Shown: piece after piece, positions 9,778 to 18,897 of the stretch
Layout of the letters: the number at the start of each line of letters is the position of its first letter
How positions within the stretch are numbered: the stretch's first letter is position 1
Assembly (NCBI GenBank): GCA_965279515.1
Contig: CBDIID010000003.1
Location: 3,424,001 to 3,488,000 of the forward strand
Length of the DNA stretch: 64,000 nt
From: Turneriella sp.
GTDB taxonomy: Bacteria > Spirochaetota > Leptospiria > Turneriellales > Turneriellaceae
Reading direction: 5' to 3'
Translations under genes and position numbers: made by a program
Notes under the pieces: generated by a model
The model's input: the letters and a program-made list of their open reading frames with translations, nothing else
What the model was told of the DNA's origin: nothing
The model's database searches: none

Positions 9778-9779
9778 GA
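9522..9779 (+). pseudogene. DUF559 (Vsr-like endonuclease) remnant with internal deletion
   Basis: N-terminal 'RRARLLRNQPTPAEDSLWDLIRNGRLAG' joined directly to C-terminal 'IQVLRLKNEDVLND...VLGKI'; the central KFRRQ...VDF...IEVDG core is absent. Confidence 0.78.
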
Positions 9780-11548
9780 AACGACTCAAACTCTTAAATT
9801 CCCTTGCCTTCCGCAACCTGATACGCCAGCGCCGCCGCAACCTGCTCTTAGGTGTGGCCATTGCATTCGGCACAATGATCCTGATTCTCGCGAATTCATT
9901 CTCGCGCGGCATCACCGACACGCTGCTGAACAAGATCGTCGTACAGATGACAGGCCATCTCGAACTGGCGGTACTCGAGCGTTCGCGCGCACAGAATCTG
10001 CTGATCCGCGACCGCACGCTCTATCTGGACCTCTTGCAAAAGAACTTGCCCGATGTGCGGGAGATCGCCGAGAATGTCGCCGTGTTTTCGCGCGCGATCG
10101 GCAACGGCAAGGGCGAGAATGTCATCGTCGTGCCGATGGACTTCGGCGATGGACAGAACCTCGCGCAGAACAGCGACGCCGAATACCTGGTGAGCCGGGT
10201 TCAGGAAGGCAAGATCGAAGATATGCTTTCGGCGCAATACGAGAACCCGGTCGCTGTCTTTGCCGATAAGTCGCGCGCGCTCAACATCAAACTCTTCGAC
10301 ACGATCAAGGTTCGCCTCAAAACCGTCAGCGGTCAGGAGCAGAGCGCGCGTTTTACGGTAGTGATGCAGCTCAAATCAGAGAGCCTTTTCGAATCAGGTG
10401 CGATTTTTCTGCCGATCAAGAACCTCAAAAAACTGCGGGCAATCCGCGCGAACGAGACCGGCTCGTTGCAAGTCACCTTTAAGAATTTTGATTCACCGCG
10501 CACGGTTATCCGCCTCGCCGACAAGATCCATTCTCTCTTAAAACCGGGTATTGCCGCGATCCATGGTGAAGTGAAGGCAGGCAAAAAGACCGTTCCAGTC
10601 ACCGCCGGGGGATTGACCCAGGAATTCGAAAAATCAGATACCTTTAAGAAATCCATCCAACTCGTCAAAGGCGCCTGGCCGCGCGACCGCGATACCGACC
10701 GGATTCTGGTTTCGGAAAAGGTGGCTGCGGCTTTGAAGCTAAAACCCGATGCGAAGTTAATGCTCCGATTCAAATCGATCCACGCAACCGAAGAGGTCGA
10801 ACAAAATCTGATTGTTTCCGGAATTTTTAAGAGTATGGGAGATGCTCCAGCAAAGGTCGAGGCATATTTGCCCGAAGCCGCGTTCTACAAGGCTTACCTC
10901 AGCGATCTGCCGGTGCAGCGTACGCTGGCGCCTGAGAATATCTCTGAGGAATGGAAAAAAATTCTCGCCCCGGAATTCAGGCTCTTGCCGCGCACGTCGA
11001 CGGGCGACGATCTGCAAAAAAAGAACCAGGAACTGAGGAAGACCAACTTCTACGGGCCTGCCATCGACGTGCGCACGATGTACGAAAGCGCGAGCCAGGT
11101 TCTGGAACTCGAAGGTGCGCTCAACCTTATCACGCTCATCGCTGTGCTCATTCTCTTTTTCATCATTCTCATCGGCGTCGTGAATACGTTGCGCATGACA
11201 ATACGTGAGCGCACACGCGAGATTGGCACCATGCGCGCGATCGGCGTGCAGCGCAGCGACGTGCGCAATATTTTCCTCTTCGAAACCTTCCAGCTGGCGC
11301 TGTTCTCGGCGTTTGCAGGTTTGATTCTGGCCCTCATTGCCATGCTGGCGCTCTCGTCCTTTACGATCGACACGCAGAGCGTGCTGGGGATTTTCCTCGC
11401 GAAAAAGAAACTCTACTTTGTGCCGTTTGTCTCCGACATTGTGCGCAACATTATCATGATTTTGGTCATTTCAACGGTGACGGCATATTTTCCGTCGCGG
11501 CGCGCTGCAAAACTCGACGCGGCTGAAGCGTTACGTCATTACGAATAA
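9776..11548 (+). CDS. ABC transporter permease, FtsX/LolC family
   Basis: LAFRNLIRQRRR, ERTREIGTMRAIG, PSRRAAKLDAAEALR. Confidence 0.93.
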   Translation: MKRLKLLNSLAFRNLIRQRRRNLLLGVAIAFGTMILILANSFSRGITDTLLNKIVVQMTGHLELAVLERSRAQNLLIRDRTLYLDLLQKNLPDVREIAENVAVFSRAIGNGKGENVIVVPMDFGDGQNLAQNSDAEYLVSRVQEGKIEDMLSAQYENPVAVFADKSRALNIKLFDTIKVRLKTVSGQEQSARFTVVMQLKSESLFESGAIFLPIKNLKKLRAIRANETGSLQVTFKNFDSPRTVIRLADKIHSLLKPGIAAIHGEVKAGKKTVPVTAGGLTQEFEKSDTFKKSIQLVKGAWPRDRDTDRILVSEKVAAALKLKPDAKLMLRFKSIHATEEVEQNLIVSGIFKSMGDAPAKVEAYLPEAAFYKAYLSDLPVQRTLAPENISEEWKKILAPEFRLLPRTSTGDDLQKKNQELRKTNFYGPAIDVRTMYESASQVLELEGALNLITLIAVLILFFIILIGVVNTLRMTIRERTREIGTMRAIGVQRSDVRNIFLFETFQLALFSAFAGLILALIAMLALSSFTIDTQSVLGIFLAKKKLYFVPFVSDIVRNIIMILVISTVTAYFPSRRAAKLDAAEALRHYE

Positions 11549-11557
11549 GGAGATTTA

Positions 11558-12313
11558 ATGAAAACAATACTTCTGCTCATCGCGGCCCTGCCGCTTGTTT
11601 CTCTCAACGCCGTCGGCGTGAACCACATTCTGAAAGAGATCGACGCGCGCATGTCGCAGGTGAGCGACTTTGCGGCAAAGGTGGCGCTGACACAGCAAAA
11701 GGTCGGGCAGGGAGTGAAAAATTTCGAGACATTGTTCTTCCGCCGCGATAAAGACGACGAGTTTCTGATGGTGACGACCGCGCCGCAGTCAGAGAAGGGC
11801 AACGGCTACCTGCGCACAGGCAATAACTTCTGGATGTACCGCCAGAACACGCGCACATTCCAACACATCAACCGCGACGAGAGCATCAACGGCACCGACA
11901 CGAAGGCCGGGGATTTCGAGCGCAAAAAGGTCAGCGAACTCTACAAGCCATTCACCGACGCATCGGGCAAAGAGGACATTGTCGAAGAGACGCTGGGCAA
12001 TAAGCCCTGCTATAAATTCACCGTCGTGGCAAAGGTGCGCGACGTGACGTATCCCAAGCAGGTGTATTGGGTTGAGAAGGATACCTTTCTGCAGCTCAAG
12101 GTGCAATCCTATTCGCTGTCTGGTACGCTGATGCAGACAGCGTACTTTATCAAATACACGCAGATTGAGGGGAAATACATTCTACTCAAAGGCATGTTCA
12201 TCGACGAGTTTGAGAAAGGCAATAAGACGGTGCTCGATATTTCGGGTGTGTCGCTGAAAAAACTCGACGGAAAAATCTTCACCAAAGCCTATCTTGAGAA
12301 TCTGAGCAAGTAA
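11558..12313 (+). CDS. LolA-like outer-membrane lipoprotein-sorting protein
   Basis: Signal peptide; 'PQSEKGNGYL...NFWMY', 'YPKQVYWVEKD'; located in a LolCDE-like operon. Confidence 0.82.
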   Translation: MKTILLLIAALPLVSLNAVGVNHILKEIDARMSQVSDFAAKVALTQQKVGQGVKNFETLFFRRDKDDEFLMVTTAPQSEKGNGYLRTGNNFWMYRQNTRTFQHINRDESINGTDTKAGDFERKKVSELYKPFTDASGKEDIVEETLGNKPCYKFTVVAKVRDVTYPKQVYWVEKDTFLQLKVQSYSLSGTLMQTAYFIKYTQIEGKYILLKGMFIDEFEKGNKTVLDISGVSLKKLDGKIFTKAYLENLSK

Positions 12314-12314
12314 C

Positions 12315-13727
12315 GTGCGCGGATTGACTGCGGTTCTGTTTTCGTGCCTCGCCGCGGCGGCTAGCCTCACCCCCGTCGCTGCCGCGCCAACCCCGCTTTC
12401 GACTCCCCCTCCGCCTACGGCTCCTCCCCCGCGTGCGGGGGAGGTTGGGAGGGGGATAGAAGACGAGCTTTTTTCCGAACCTACTGTTGTGCCCATCGAA
12501 AAAATCACCGATAACAAAGTCGACGAGGTCACCGATAAGGAATCGATTGCTTTTTCGGGTTCGATCAACAGCCGTAACTCATATTCGATGAGCCGTGACT
12601 GGCTGCTCGGTAACAACTCTTCGACGGCGCAGAATACGCTGAACAACCAGCTGCAAAATAACCTCAACGTCGAAGCCCGTGCCCGCCGCGGTACACGGGC
12701 CGTTGTGAATATCGTCAACAATGTCTATGCACAGGGGAGATCCGAACAGCATACGATACAAGATGCCAACACGGGAGCCGTCTCGAAATACAATGAAACC
12801 GTCTATGCCGATTACCGCTTCACCGAAGCTTTTGTCGATGCCAACATTGCGCGCAGCATCTATTTTCGTGCCGGCAAACAGGTATTGGTCTGGGGGCGCG
12901 GCTTTTTCTGGAATCCTTCGGATGTCATCAATACCGAACTCAGGAGCGCTACCGACGCTTTCCAGTTTCGCGAGGGAACCTATGGGTTGCGCATGCATGT
13001 ACCCGTCGGCACGGTGTTTAATTTTTATTCGTTCACCGGCGTCGGCAAGAGCACGCGCGCCGAAGATATCATACAGGCCTTCAAGGCCGAGGTTGCCGTC
13101 AGCCGCGCGGAAATTGCTATCGGTGTGATTATGGGGCAAAAAAAGGTGCCGACATATTTGGCCGAGGCGAGCACGCGTTTCTGGACGCTCGACTGGCGCG
13201 CGGAGGCAACCTATGCCTATGGCGACAACGCGCAGCGCATCGATGTGAACACCTTCAACATCCTGAATCCGGTGACCTACCAGCTGCGCGACCAGCATGT
13301 CTTCAAGGGTGTGCTCAGCGTCGGGCGCAGCTTCGAGGTTTTCGACGTCGCCGACCGGCTGACGATCAACCTCGAATATTTTTACAACGGCGCGGGTTAC
13401 AGTGACAATGTCTTTGCCCAGAATGCGCTGGTGAAAGCTTACTTCGTCACGAACGGTCTCTACCGCGCGAACTACTATGGCATGCATTATCTCGGGTTTT
13501 TCGCGACATATACGAAGTTCATCCTCAACGAGATGACGCTGGGCCTCAACGGTTTTGGTAATCTGAGCGATAAGACATTTGTTTTTTCAGAACTGCTGAC
13601 CTATACCCCGCTCTTTAACCTGACGCTGACCTGGCAGAATAACATCTTCACGGGTGCCCCGGTGGGCGAATACACCGCGAGCAGCCTCGCTTGGTATTCG
13701 GAGTTCTCGGCGCGGGTGATCTTCTGA
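12315..13727 (+). CDS. putative outer-membrane beta-barrel protein
   Basis: Signal peptide, 'RAGKQVLVWGRGFFWNPSD', amphipathic strands, terminal Phe. Confidence 0.8.
   Translation: MRGLTAVLFSCLAAAASLTPVAAAPTPLSTPPPPTAPPPRAGEVGRGIEDELFSEPTVVPIEKITDNKVDEVTDKESIAFSGSINSRNSYSMSRDWLLGNNSSTAQNTLNNQLQNNLNVEARARRGTRAVVNIVNNVYAQGRSEQHTIQDANTGAVSKYNETVYADYRFTEAFVDANIARSIYFRAGKQVLVWGRGFFWNPSDVINTELRSATDAFQFREGTYGLRMHVPVGTVFNFYSFTGVGKSTRAEDIIQAFKAEVAVSRAEIAIGVIMGQKKVPTYLAEASTRFWTLDWRAEATYAYGDNAQRIDVNTFNILNPVTYQLRDQHVFKGVLSVGRSFEVFDVADRLTINLEYFYNGAGYSDNVFAQNALVKAYFVTNGLYRANYYGMHYLGFFATYTKFILNEMTLGLNGFGNLSDKTFVFSELLTYTPLFNLTLTWQNNIFTGAPVGEYTASSLAWYSEFSARVIF
12404..12457. repeat. palindromic repeat unit translated in frame (PPPPTAPPPRAGEVGRG)
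   Basis: TCCCCCTCCGCCTACGGCTCCTCCCCCGCGTGCGGGGGAGGTTGGGAGGGGGAT; hairpin CTCCCCCGC-GT-GCGGGGGAG. Confidence 0.8.
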
Positions 13728-14827
13728 GTAGCCGGAAGCTTTCATACCAAGCTTGGTTGTGCCAATAAATGACATGACGGATTAAAAAAAGATTGCTTAA
13801 TGGCGAATGAACAAAGATCTGCGGACGAAAGCGAATGTAGCTTCCGCTCTCATGGCGATCAGTCTTATCTTCTTAACAGCGTATGGCTGCTCGACAGCAG
13901 ATGAGAGTTCCGCTAAAACGTCCAGAGTCGCAGATGGCAGCACCTGGACGCAGCGCACATTACCCAGTGCTTCTAACTGGTCTTCGCTGACCTTTGGGAA
14001 TGGCCTCTTCGTAACAATTGCCTCTGGTGGTACGATAGCCGCAAGGTCTACCGATGGCGTTATTTGGACTCAACGTACACTCCCAACAAGTGCAACCTGG
14101 CGTTCTGTAACTTATGGAAATGGTACCTTTGTGGCGATTGCTTATGGAAGTTCGATTGCTGCTACTTCAACGGATGGCATTACCTGGACGCAAAGAGCGC
14201 TCCCGGTTTCGAGCAATTGGTCTTCGGTTAGCTATGGCAATAGTACCTTTGTGGCAATCGCTTATGGTAGTTCTATTGCAGCTACATCTTCTGACGGCAT
14301 TGCCTGGACACAACGGGTACTTCCTAGCTCTTCCAACTGGAATGCCGTCGCATATGGTACCGGGAGTTTTGTCGCGGTGGCCGAGACTGGTACGGTCGCT
14401 GCGACATCTCCCGATGGAATCACGTGGACAGCACGCACATTGCCGACTTCAGCCAATTGGTATTCAGTAGCGTTTGGCAATAGCGTCTATGTAGCTGTTG
14501 CGCAGGCGGGGGGTACAGGTATGGTTGCCGCGACTTCTGCCGATGGTATTACTTGGACGGCTCGTACGCTTCCCGTCTCCGCTTCCTGGCAATCAGTCAC
14601 TTATGGTAATGGTGTCTTCGTCGCAGTTGCTTCTGGTGGTGCCATTGCTGCAACGTCTGCTGATGGCATCACATGGACCCAACGGACGCTTCCCAGCTCG
14701 GCTTTCTGGCAATCGGTAGCTTATGGCAATGGGATGTTTATTGCGGTTGTTAACGGCGACGCTATTGCAGCAACATCGCCCTAAGCGTCGGCTGGTATTC
14801 GGAGTTCTCACCCGGGTGATCTTTTAA
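13692..14827 (+). repeat. imperfect ~35-bp direct repeats (13692-13727 and 14793-14827) flanking the beta-propeller gene
   Basis: TGGTATTCGGAGTTCTC-GGCG-CGGGTGATCTT-CTGA versus TGGTATTCGGAGTTCTC-ACC-CGGGTGATCTT-TTAA. Confidence 0.85.
13807..14784 (+). CDS. lipoprotein of seven ~40-aa Asp-box/BNR-like repeats (probable 7-bladed beta-propeller)
   Basis: Lipobox 'AYGC'; seven copies of xDGxxWTxRxLPxSxxWxxVxxGxxxFVA. Confidence 0.88.
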   Translation: MNKDLRTKANVASALMAISLIFLTAYGCSTADESSAKTSRVADGSTWTQRTLPSASNWSSLTFGNGLFVTIASGGTIAARSTDGVIWTQRTLPTSATWRSVTYGNGTFVAIAYGSSIAATSTDGITWTQRALPVSSNWSSVSYGNSTFVAIAYGSSIAATSSDGIAWTQRVLPSSSNWNAVAYGTGSFVAVAETGTVAATSPDGITWTARTLPTSANWYSVAFGNSVYVAVAQAGGTGMVAATSADGITWTARTLPVSASWQSVTYGNGVFVAVASGGAIAATSADGITWTQRTLPSSAFWQSVAYGNGMFIAVVNGDAIAATSP

Positions 14828-14856
14828 AAGCGGCTTGTTGAGGCGGCAAAATCGTG

Positions 14857-15413
14857 ATGAAAATCGCAGGCATCTTTCTGCTATCTGCTCTCTCTGTTTT
14901 TGCATCGGACAAGGGAATAAAATTATTACAAAAGAATTTATCCGCCACGACCCGCCCGTCGCTTTCAACCATGTAGAGTCGATCGAAAACCATTTCTGCG
15001 CGATACTCGATTCCCGCCTGCAATGCTGGGGTGAGCGGGGCGAAAAATTAATGCCGCCTCTCATAGATGATCCGATTCAGGTAGCGGTCAGTAAGAACGG
15101 CGCCTGCGCGCTGGGGGCCAAAGGCATCGAATGCTGGGGCGATGTGGGTTACGACGATCCTGCGCCGAAACTGAAAAATCCTCGCGCGGTCGTCGCTGGC
15201 AATTACCATTATTGCGCCCTTGACGATAGCGGCGTAAAATGTTGGGGCGACGACGAATTTGACCAGCTCGCTGCACCTGACCTCGTGAATCCGGTCTATG
15301 TCGTAGCAGGCGTAAACCGGTCATGCGCCGTGGACGCCACCGGTGTCGTTTGCTGGGGATTGAAAACCGCGAGAGGCGCTTTTAAGGTGCCGTCAGGACT
15401 GCGGCGCGATTAA
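14857..15413 (+). pseudogene. RCC1-repeat exported protein, apparently frameshifted
   Basis: RCC1-like repeats (HFCAI..QCWG, HYCALDDSGVKCWG) lie in the 14835 frame, but the signal peptide MKIAGIFLLSALSVFA from ATG 14857 is in another frame that stops early. Confidence 0.6.
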
Positions 15414-15683
15414 CTTTTCAATTGCCAGGGCCAGGTCGACGTCGTGCGTCGTGAGGCCGCCTTTATCGTGGGTCTTCAGCGAGATACGTACCTTGTTGTA
15501 TGAATTACTCCAATCGGGGTGGTGATCCATCTTCTCTGCCGCCAATGCCACGCGGGTCATAAATGCAAACGCTGCGCTGAAATCGGCAAAGGCAAATTCC
15601 TTGGCGATCGCGCCCTCGTGCAAATGCCAGTCGGGCAGCTGCTTTAGGGCATGCACCATTTCGTCGTTATTCAGAAGTCGCAT
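15393..15683 (-). CDS. phhB: pterin-4-alpha-carbinolamine dehydratase
   Basis: [23 protein letters not shown]. Confidence 0.93.
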   Translation of the reverse strand: MRLLNNDEMVHALKQLPDWHLHEGAIAKEFAFADFSAAFAFMTRVALAAEKMDHHPDWSNSYNKVRISLKTHDKGGLTTHDVDLALAIEKLIAPQS

Positions 15684-15712
15684 AAGACATGTTCACTCTC
15701 TGAGTAACCGGG

Positions 15713-18226
15713 TCAACTGAAGAGACTGCCCTGGTCTTTGGGTGGCGTCGCCGTCTTGCGTTTCGGTTTTGCATCGCCTTTGTGATAGATACCGTCGGCC
15801 AAAAGGAAATCCGACTTTTTTTCGAGCTCGCTTAGAATTTCATGCGCGCGCGCCGTCACGGCCTGAGGCATACCCGCCATCTGCGCAACATGGATACCAT
15901 ACGATTTGTCGGCGACGCCCTCGATGATTTTGCGCAGAAAAACCACATGGCCGTCTTTTTCGACGACCGAAACCGTGAGGCCGGCAATCCCGCTTTCTTT
16001 GGAGATCAGGTGAGCGAGCTCAGAATAATGCGTGGCGAAGAGGGTTTTCGGCCGACCTCTCGTTTCATCGTTTAACGATTCAATCATCGCCTGCGCAATG
16101 CTGATGCCGTCATAGGTGGATGTCCCCCGGCCAACTTCGTCTAACAGAATCAAACTATCTTTCGTGTAGTTACGGAAGATGCGCGCGCACTCGGCCATCT
16201 CGACGAAAAACGTACTTTCGCCGCGCGACAGCCGGTCATGCGCGCCGATGCGTGTGAAAACGCGGTCGACGACCGGCAGATGTGCCGCTTTCGCAGCGAC
16301 GAAAGATCCCGCCTGCGCCATAATCTGCATGATGCCGATCTGGCGTATATACGTACTCTTACCGGCCATGTTGGGGCCCGTGATGATCGCGAGGTGCGGC
16401 GCCGCACCGCCACCGTTGTCGAGGGCGACATCGTTGGCGATAAACATCTCGCTGCGGAAATAGGCTTCAATGACGGGGTGGCGCGACGCCTCGGCACTCA
16501 GGGCGGTGCCTGCATGCATCTGTGGCCGCGTCAGGCGGTGTATGCCCGCGCATTCGGCGAAGGCGAGCAGCACGTCGAGCCGCGACAGGCGCTCGGCCCA
16601 GGTCTTGATCTGATCGGCCGCGGCGAGAATCTGTTCACGGATATCTTCGAAGATGCCCTTTTGCAAGCGCAAAACTTCTTCTTCGGCGGAGAGAATTTTA
16701 TTTTCGAGTTCCTTGAGTTCCGCGGTTGTATAACGCTCGCCATTTGTCAGTGTTTGTCGTCGCTGGTATCCCTCCGGCGCCTTCGCCGCCTGGCCCTTCG
16801 AAATCTCGATGAAATAGCCGAGCACGTTATTATGTTTCACGCGCAGCGTCGGAATCTGGTGCTCTTTTCTCTGCGCTTCTTCATAGCGCGTCAGGTGCCC
16901 GACGGCGTTCTGGCTGAGCTCGAGAAATTCGTCGAGCATCGGCATATAACCGGGCTTGAGGAACCGCCGGGCATCCAAAAGCGGCGGCAGGTTTTCCGTC
17001 AGGATTGCCTCGTCGAGAAGCGTATTGATGGCAGCGGGAAAATCTTTCAGCGTATTCCAGCCGGCGTCGAGCAGGGGCTGCATGCGGTTGTCGCCGATGA
17101 TTTTTTGCAGTTTGAGAACGGCCGCCAAGGTAGCCGACACCTGGCCCAGATGCCGCACCTGCGGATTGTTATTGAGATTTGTCAGTACCCGTTCGAGATC
17201 GGCAATCTTACCCAGCTCGGTGCCGATGAGTTCACGGTAAGAATTATGCTTTGAGAGAATCTCCACAACATCATGGCGATGTTGAATCTCCCCGAGTTCA
17301 GCCGATGGCCGCGCGAGCCATGCCCCCATGAGGCGCTGCCCGGCAGAACTTTTGACGCGCGCCAAGAGGCCCAAAAGACTCGGGTTGAGTTTGCCATCGG
17401 CGCTGGAAAGAATCTCCAGCGTACGTATCGTCGACTCGTCAAGCACCATGGTTTTGCGGCGGTACTCGCGCACCGGTGGTGACCAGTGCAGCTTCAAGAG
17501 CGGTGAGATCTCGCGCACATAGGCCAAGGCTAGCGTGAGTGCCTTCGCCTCGTCGGCGTCCAGCTCCCAGACGCCGAGATTTTTTGTCTGCAAAACATCC
17601 TTCAGCACGCGTTCCTGAAACGCGGCATCACCGACCGGGTACCGGCGCGTCTGCGTGAGGGTTTCGAAAGGGAATACGATTGCTTCGGCGTCGAGGGTTA
17701 CCCACTCCCGTATGCCCAAGGCCGTTGCGGCTTCACCCAATGCCTCGAGTGGTTTGCGCTCAAAGACGATCTGCGCCGTGGAAAGTTCAATGACGGCAAG
17801 CTGCCACGCATCGTCCTTTTTCACCGCCGCCGCGAGCCGCCGTGATTCTTTCGCTTCAATCAGCTGCTCTTCGAATAAACTGCCCGGCGTCAGAATGCGC
17901 GTCACACCGCGTTTTACGATACGCCCCTGCGCCTCGGCGGGGTCTTCGAGCTGGTCGCAGATGGCGATGCGCCGGCCCTGCATCAGAATGGGGTGCACAT
18001 ACTGGCTCATGCTGTGGTGCGGGACACCGCACATCGGCACCTTGTCTTGCCGGCGCGTCAGCGCGATGTCGAGCACGCGCGAAGCATAGACGGCGTCTTC
18101 GAGAAACATCTCGTAAAAGTCGCCCATGCGGAAGAAGAGTATATCGTCGGGGTATTGTTTTTTGATCTCGAGGTACTGCCGCATCATCGGCGTGTCTAAA
18201 TTTTTTGCGTCGACTTCGGTATTCAT
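15713..18226 (-). CDS. mutS: DNA mismatch repair protein MutS
   Basis: TPMMRQY, FFRMGDFYEMF, TGPNMAGKSTYIRQ, GESTFFVEM, DEVGRGTSTYDG. Confidence 0.98.
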   Translation of the reverse strand: MNTEVDAKNLDTPMMRQYLEIKKQYPDDILFFRMGDFYEMFLEDAVYASRVLDIALTRRQDKVPMCGVPHHSMSQYVHPILMQGRRIAICDQLEDPAEAQGRIVKRGVTRILTPGSLFEEQLIEAKESRRLAAAVKKDDAWQLAVIELSTAQIVFERKPLEALGEAATALGIREWVTLDAEAIVFPFETLTQTRRYPVGDAAFQERVLKDVLQTKNLGVWELDADEAKALTLALAYVREISPLLKLHWSPPVREYRRKTMVLDESTIRTLEILSSADGKLNPSLLGLLARVKSSAGQRLMGAWLARPSAELGEIQHRHDVVEILSKHNSYRELIGTELGKIADLERVLTNLNNNPQVRHLGQVSATLAAVLKLQKIIGDNRMQPLLDAGWNTLKDFPAAINTLLDEAILTENLPPLLDARRFLKPGYMPMLDEFLELSQNAVGHLTRYEEAQRKEHQIPTLRVKHNNVLGYFIEISKGQAAKAPEGYQRRQTLTNGERYTTAELKELENKILSAEEEVLRLQKGIFEDIREQILAAADQIKTWAERLSRLDVLLAFAECAGIHRLTRPQMHAGTALSAEASRHPVIEAYFRSEMFIANDVALDNGGGAAPHLAIITGPNMAGKSTYIRQIGIMQIMAQAGSFVAAKAAHLPVVDRVFTRIGAHDRLSRGESTFFVEMAECARIFRNYTKDSLILLDEVGRGTSTYDGISIAQAMIESLNDETRGRPKTLFATHYSELAHLISKESGIAGLTVSVVEKDGHVVFLRKIIEGVADKSYGIHVAQMAGMPQAVTARAHEILSELEKKSDFLLADGIYHKGDAKPKRKTATPPKDQGSLFS

Positions 18227-18228
18227 GG

Positions 18229-18897
18229 TTATTGTTGCGCGTGCAGCATCTGCGCTGCGCGGCGGGCGTTCTGAATAAACTGGCTGACCTTGTCGTGGTC
18301 CTTGATGCCGGGCGATTTTTCGACGCCGCTGGCGACGTCGACACCGGGGGGATTGACTTGGGCGACGATTTTTGCAACGTTATCGGCAGTGAGCCCGCCG
18401 GCGAGAAGATAGGGGCGTTGGATGCTGGCGATATTTTCGTGGTTGAAGGTTTTGCCGGTACCGCCGGCTAAGGTCCCCTTCCCAGCCTCTTCCAGAAGAG
18501 GGGCCCGATGCGAATCAAATAATATCAGCGGATATTGATTCCATCGTGCTAAATTCGTGATCTCGATTTTCTGCGCTGCCGAAATTGAGGGCATAACCTT
18601 CTCTGTGGGAGCAAGGTTTAACAGCCGCGCAATTTCGGGATGATCCGCCATAATCTGTAGCCGCGTATCTGGTAAAGCCAGGCTACGGAAAGTGCTCTCG
18701 ATATAGCCTGCATCGTCGTAGCCGAAAACCAGGTATTTCGGCTGTGGCAAATTTGCTTTCAAAATCGCGCGCGCCTGATCGGGTGCGGCACGCCGCGGGC
18801 TGGTTTCGGACATGACTATTCCGAGAAAATCGGCGCCGCATTCCGCTGCGAATGCCGCGTCTTCCACCAGAGTTAATCCGCAGATTTTGATGAGCAT
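18229..18897 (-). CDS. trpF: phosphoribosylanthranilate isomerase
   Basis: IKICGLT, GGTGKTF, LAGGLTADNV, GVDVASGVEKSPGIKD. Confidence 0.95.
   Translation of the reverse strand: MLIKICGLTLVEDAAFAAECGADFLGIVMSETSPRRAAPDQARAILKANLPQPKYLVFGYDDAGYIESTFRSLALPDTRLQIMADHPEIARLLNLAPTEKVMPSISAAQKIEITNLARWNQYPLILFDSHRAPLLEEAGKGTLAGGTGKTFNHENIASIQRPYLLAGGLTADNVAKIVAQVNPPGVDVASGVEKSPGIKDHDKVSQFIQNARRAAQMLHAQQ

Noticed and set aside
9459..9779. 106-aa ORF as an intact gene
   Set aside because: Its ends are repeat-derived and the nuclease core is missing; treated as a remnant
13930..14784. CRISPR-like or DNA-level tandem array
   Set aside because: Periodicity is protein-level with synonymous divergence; no repeat-spacer structure and no cas genes
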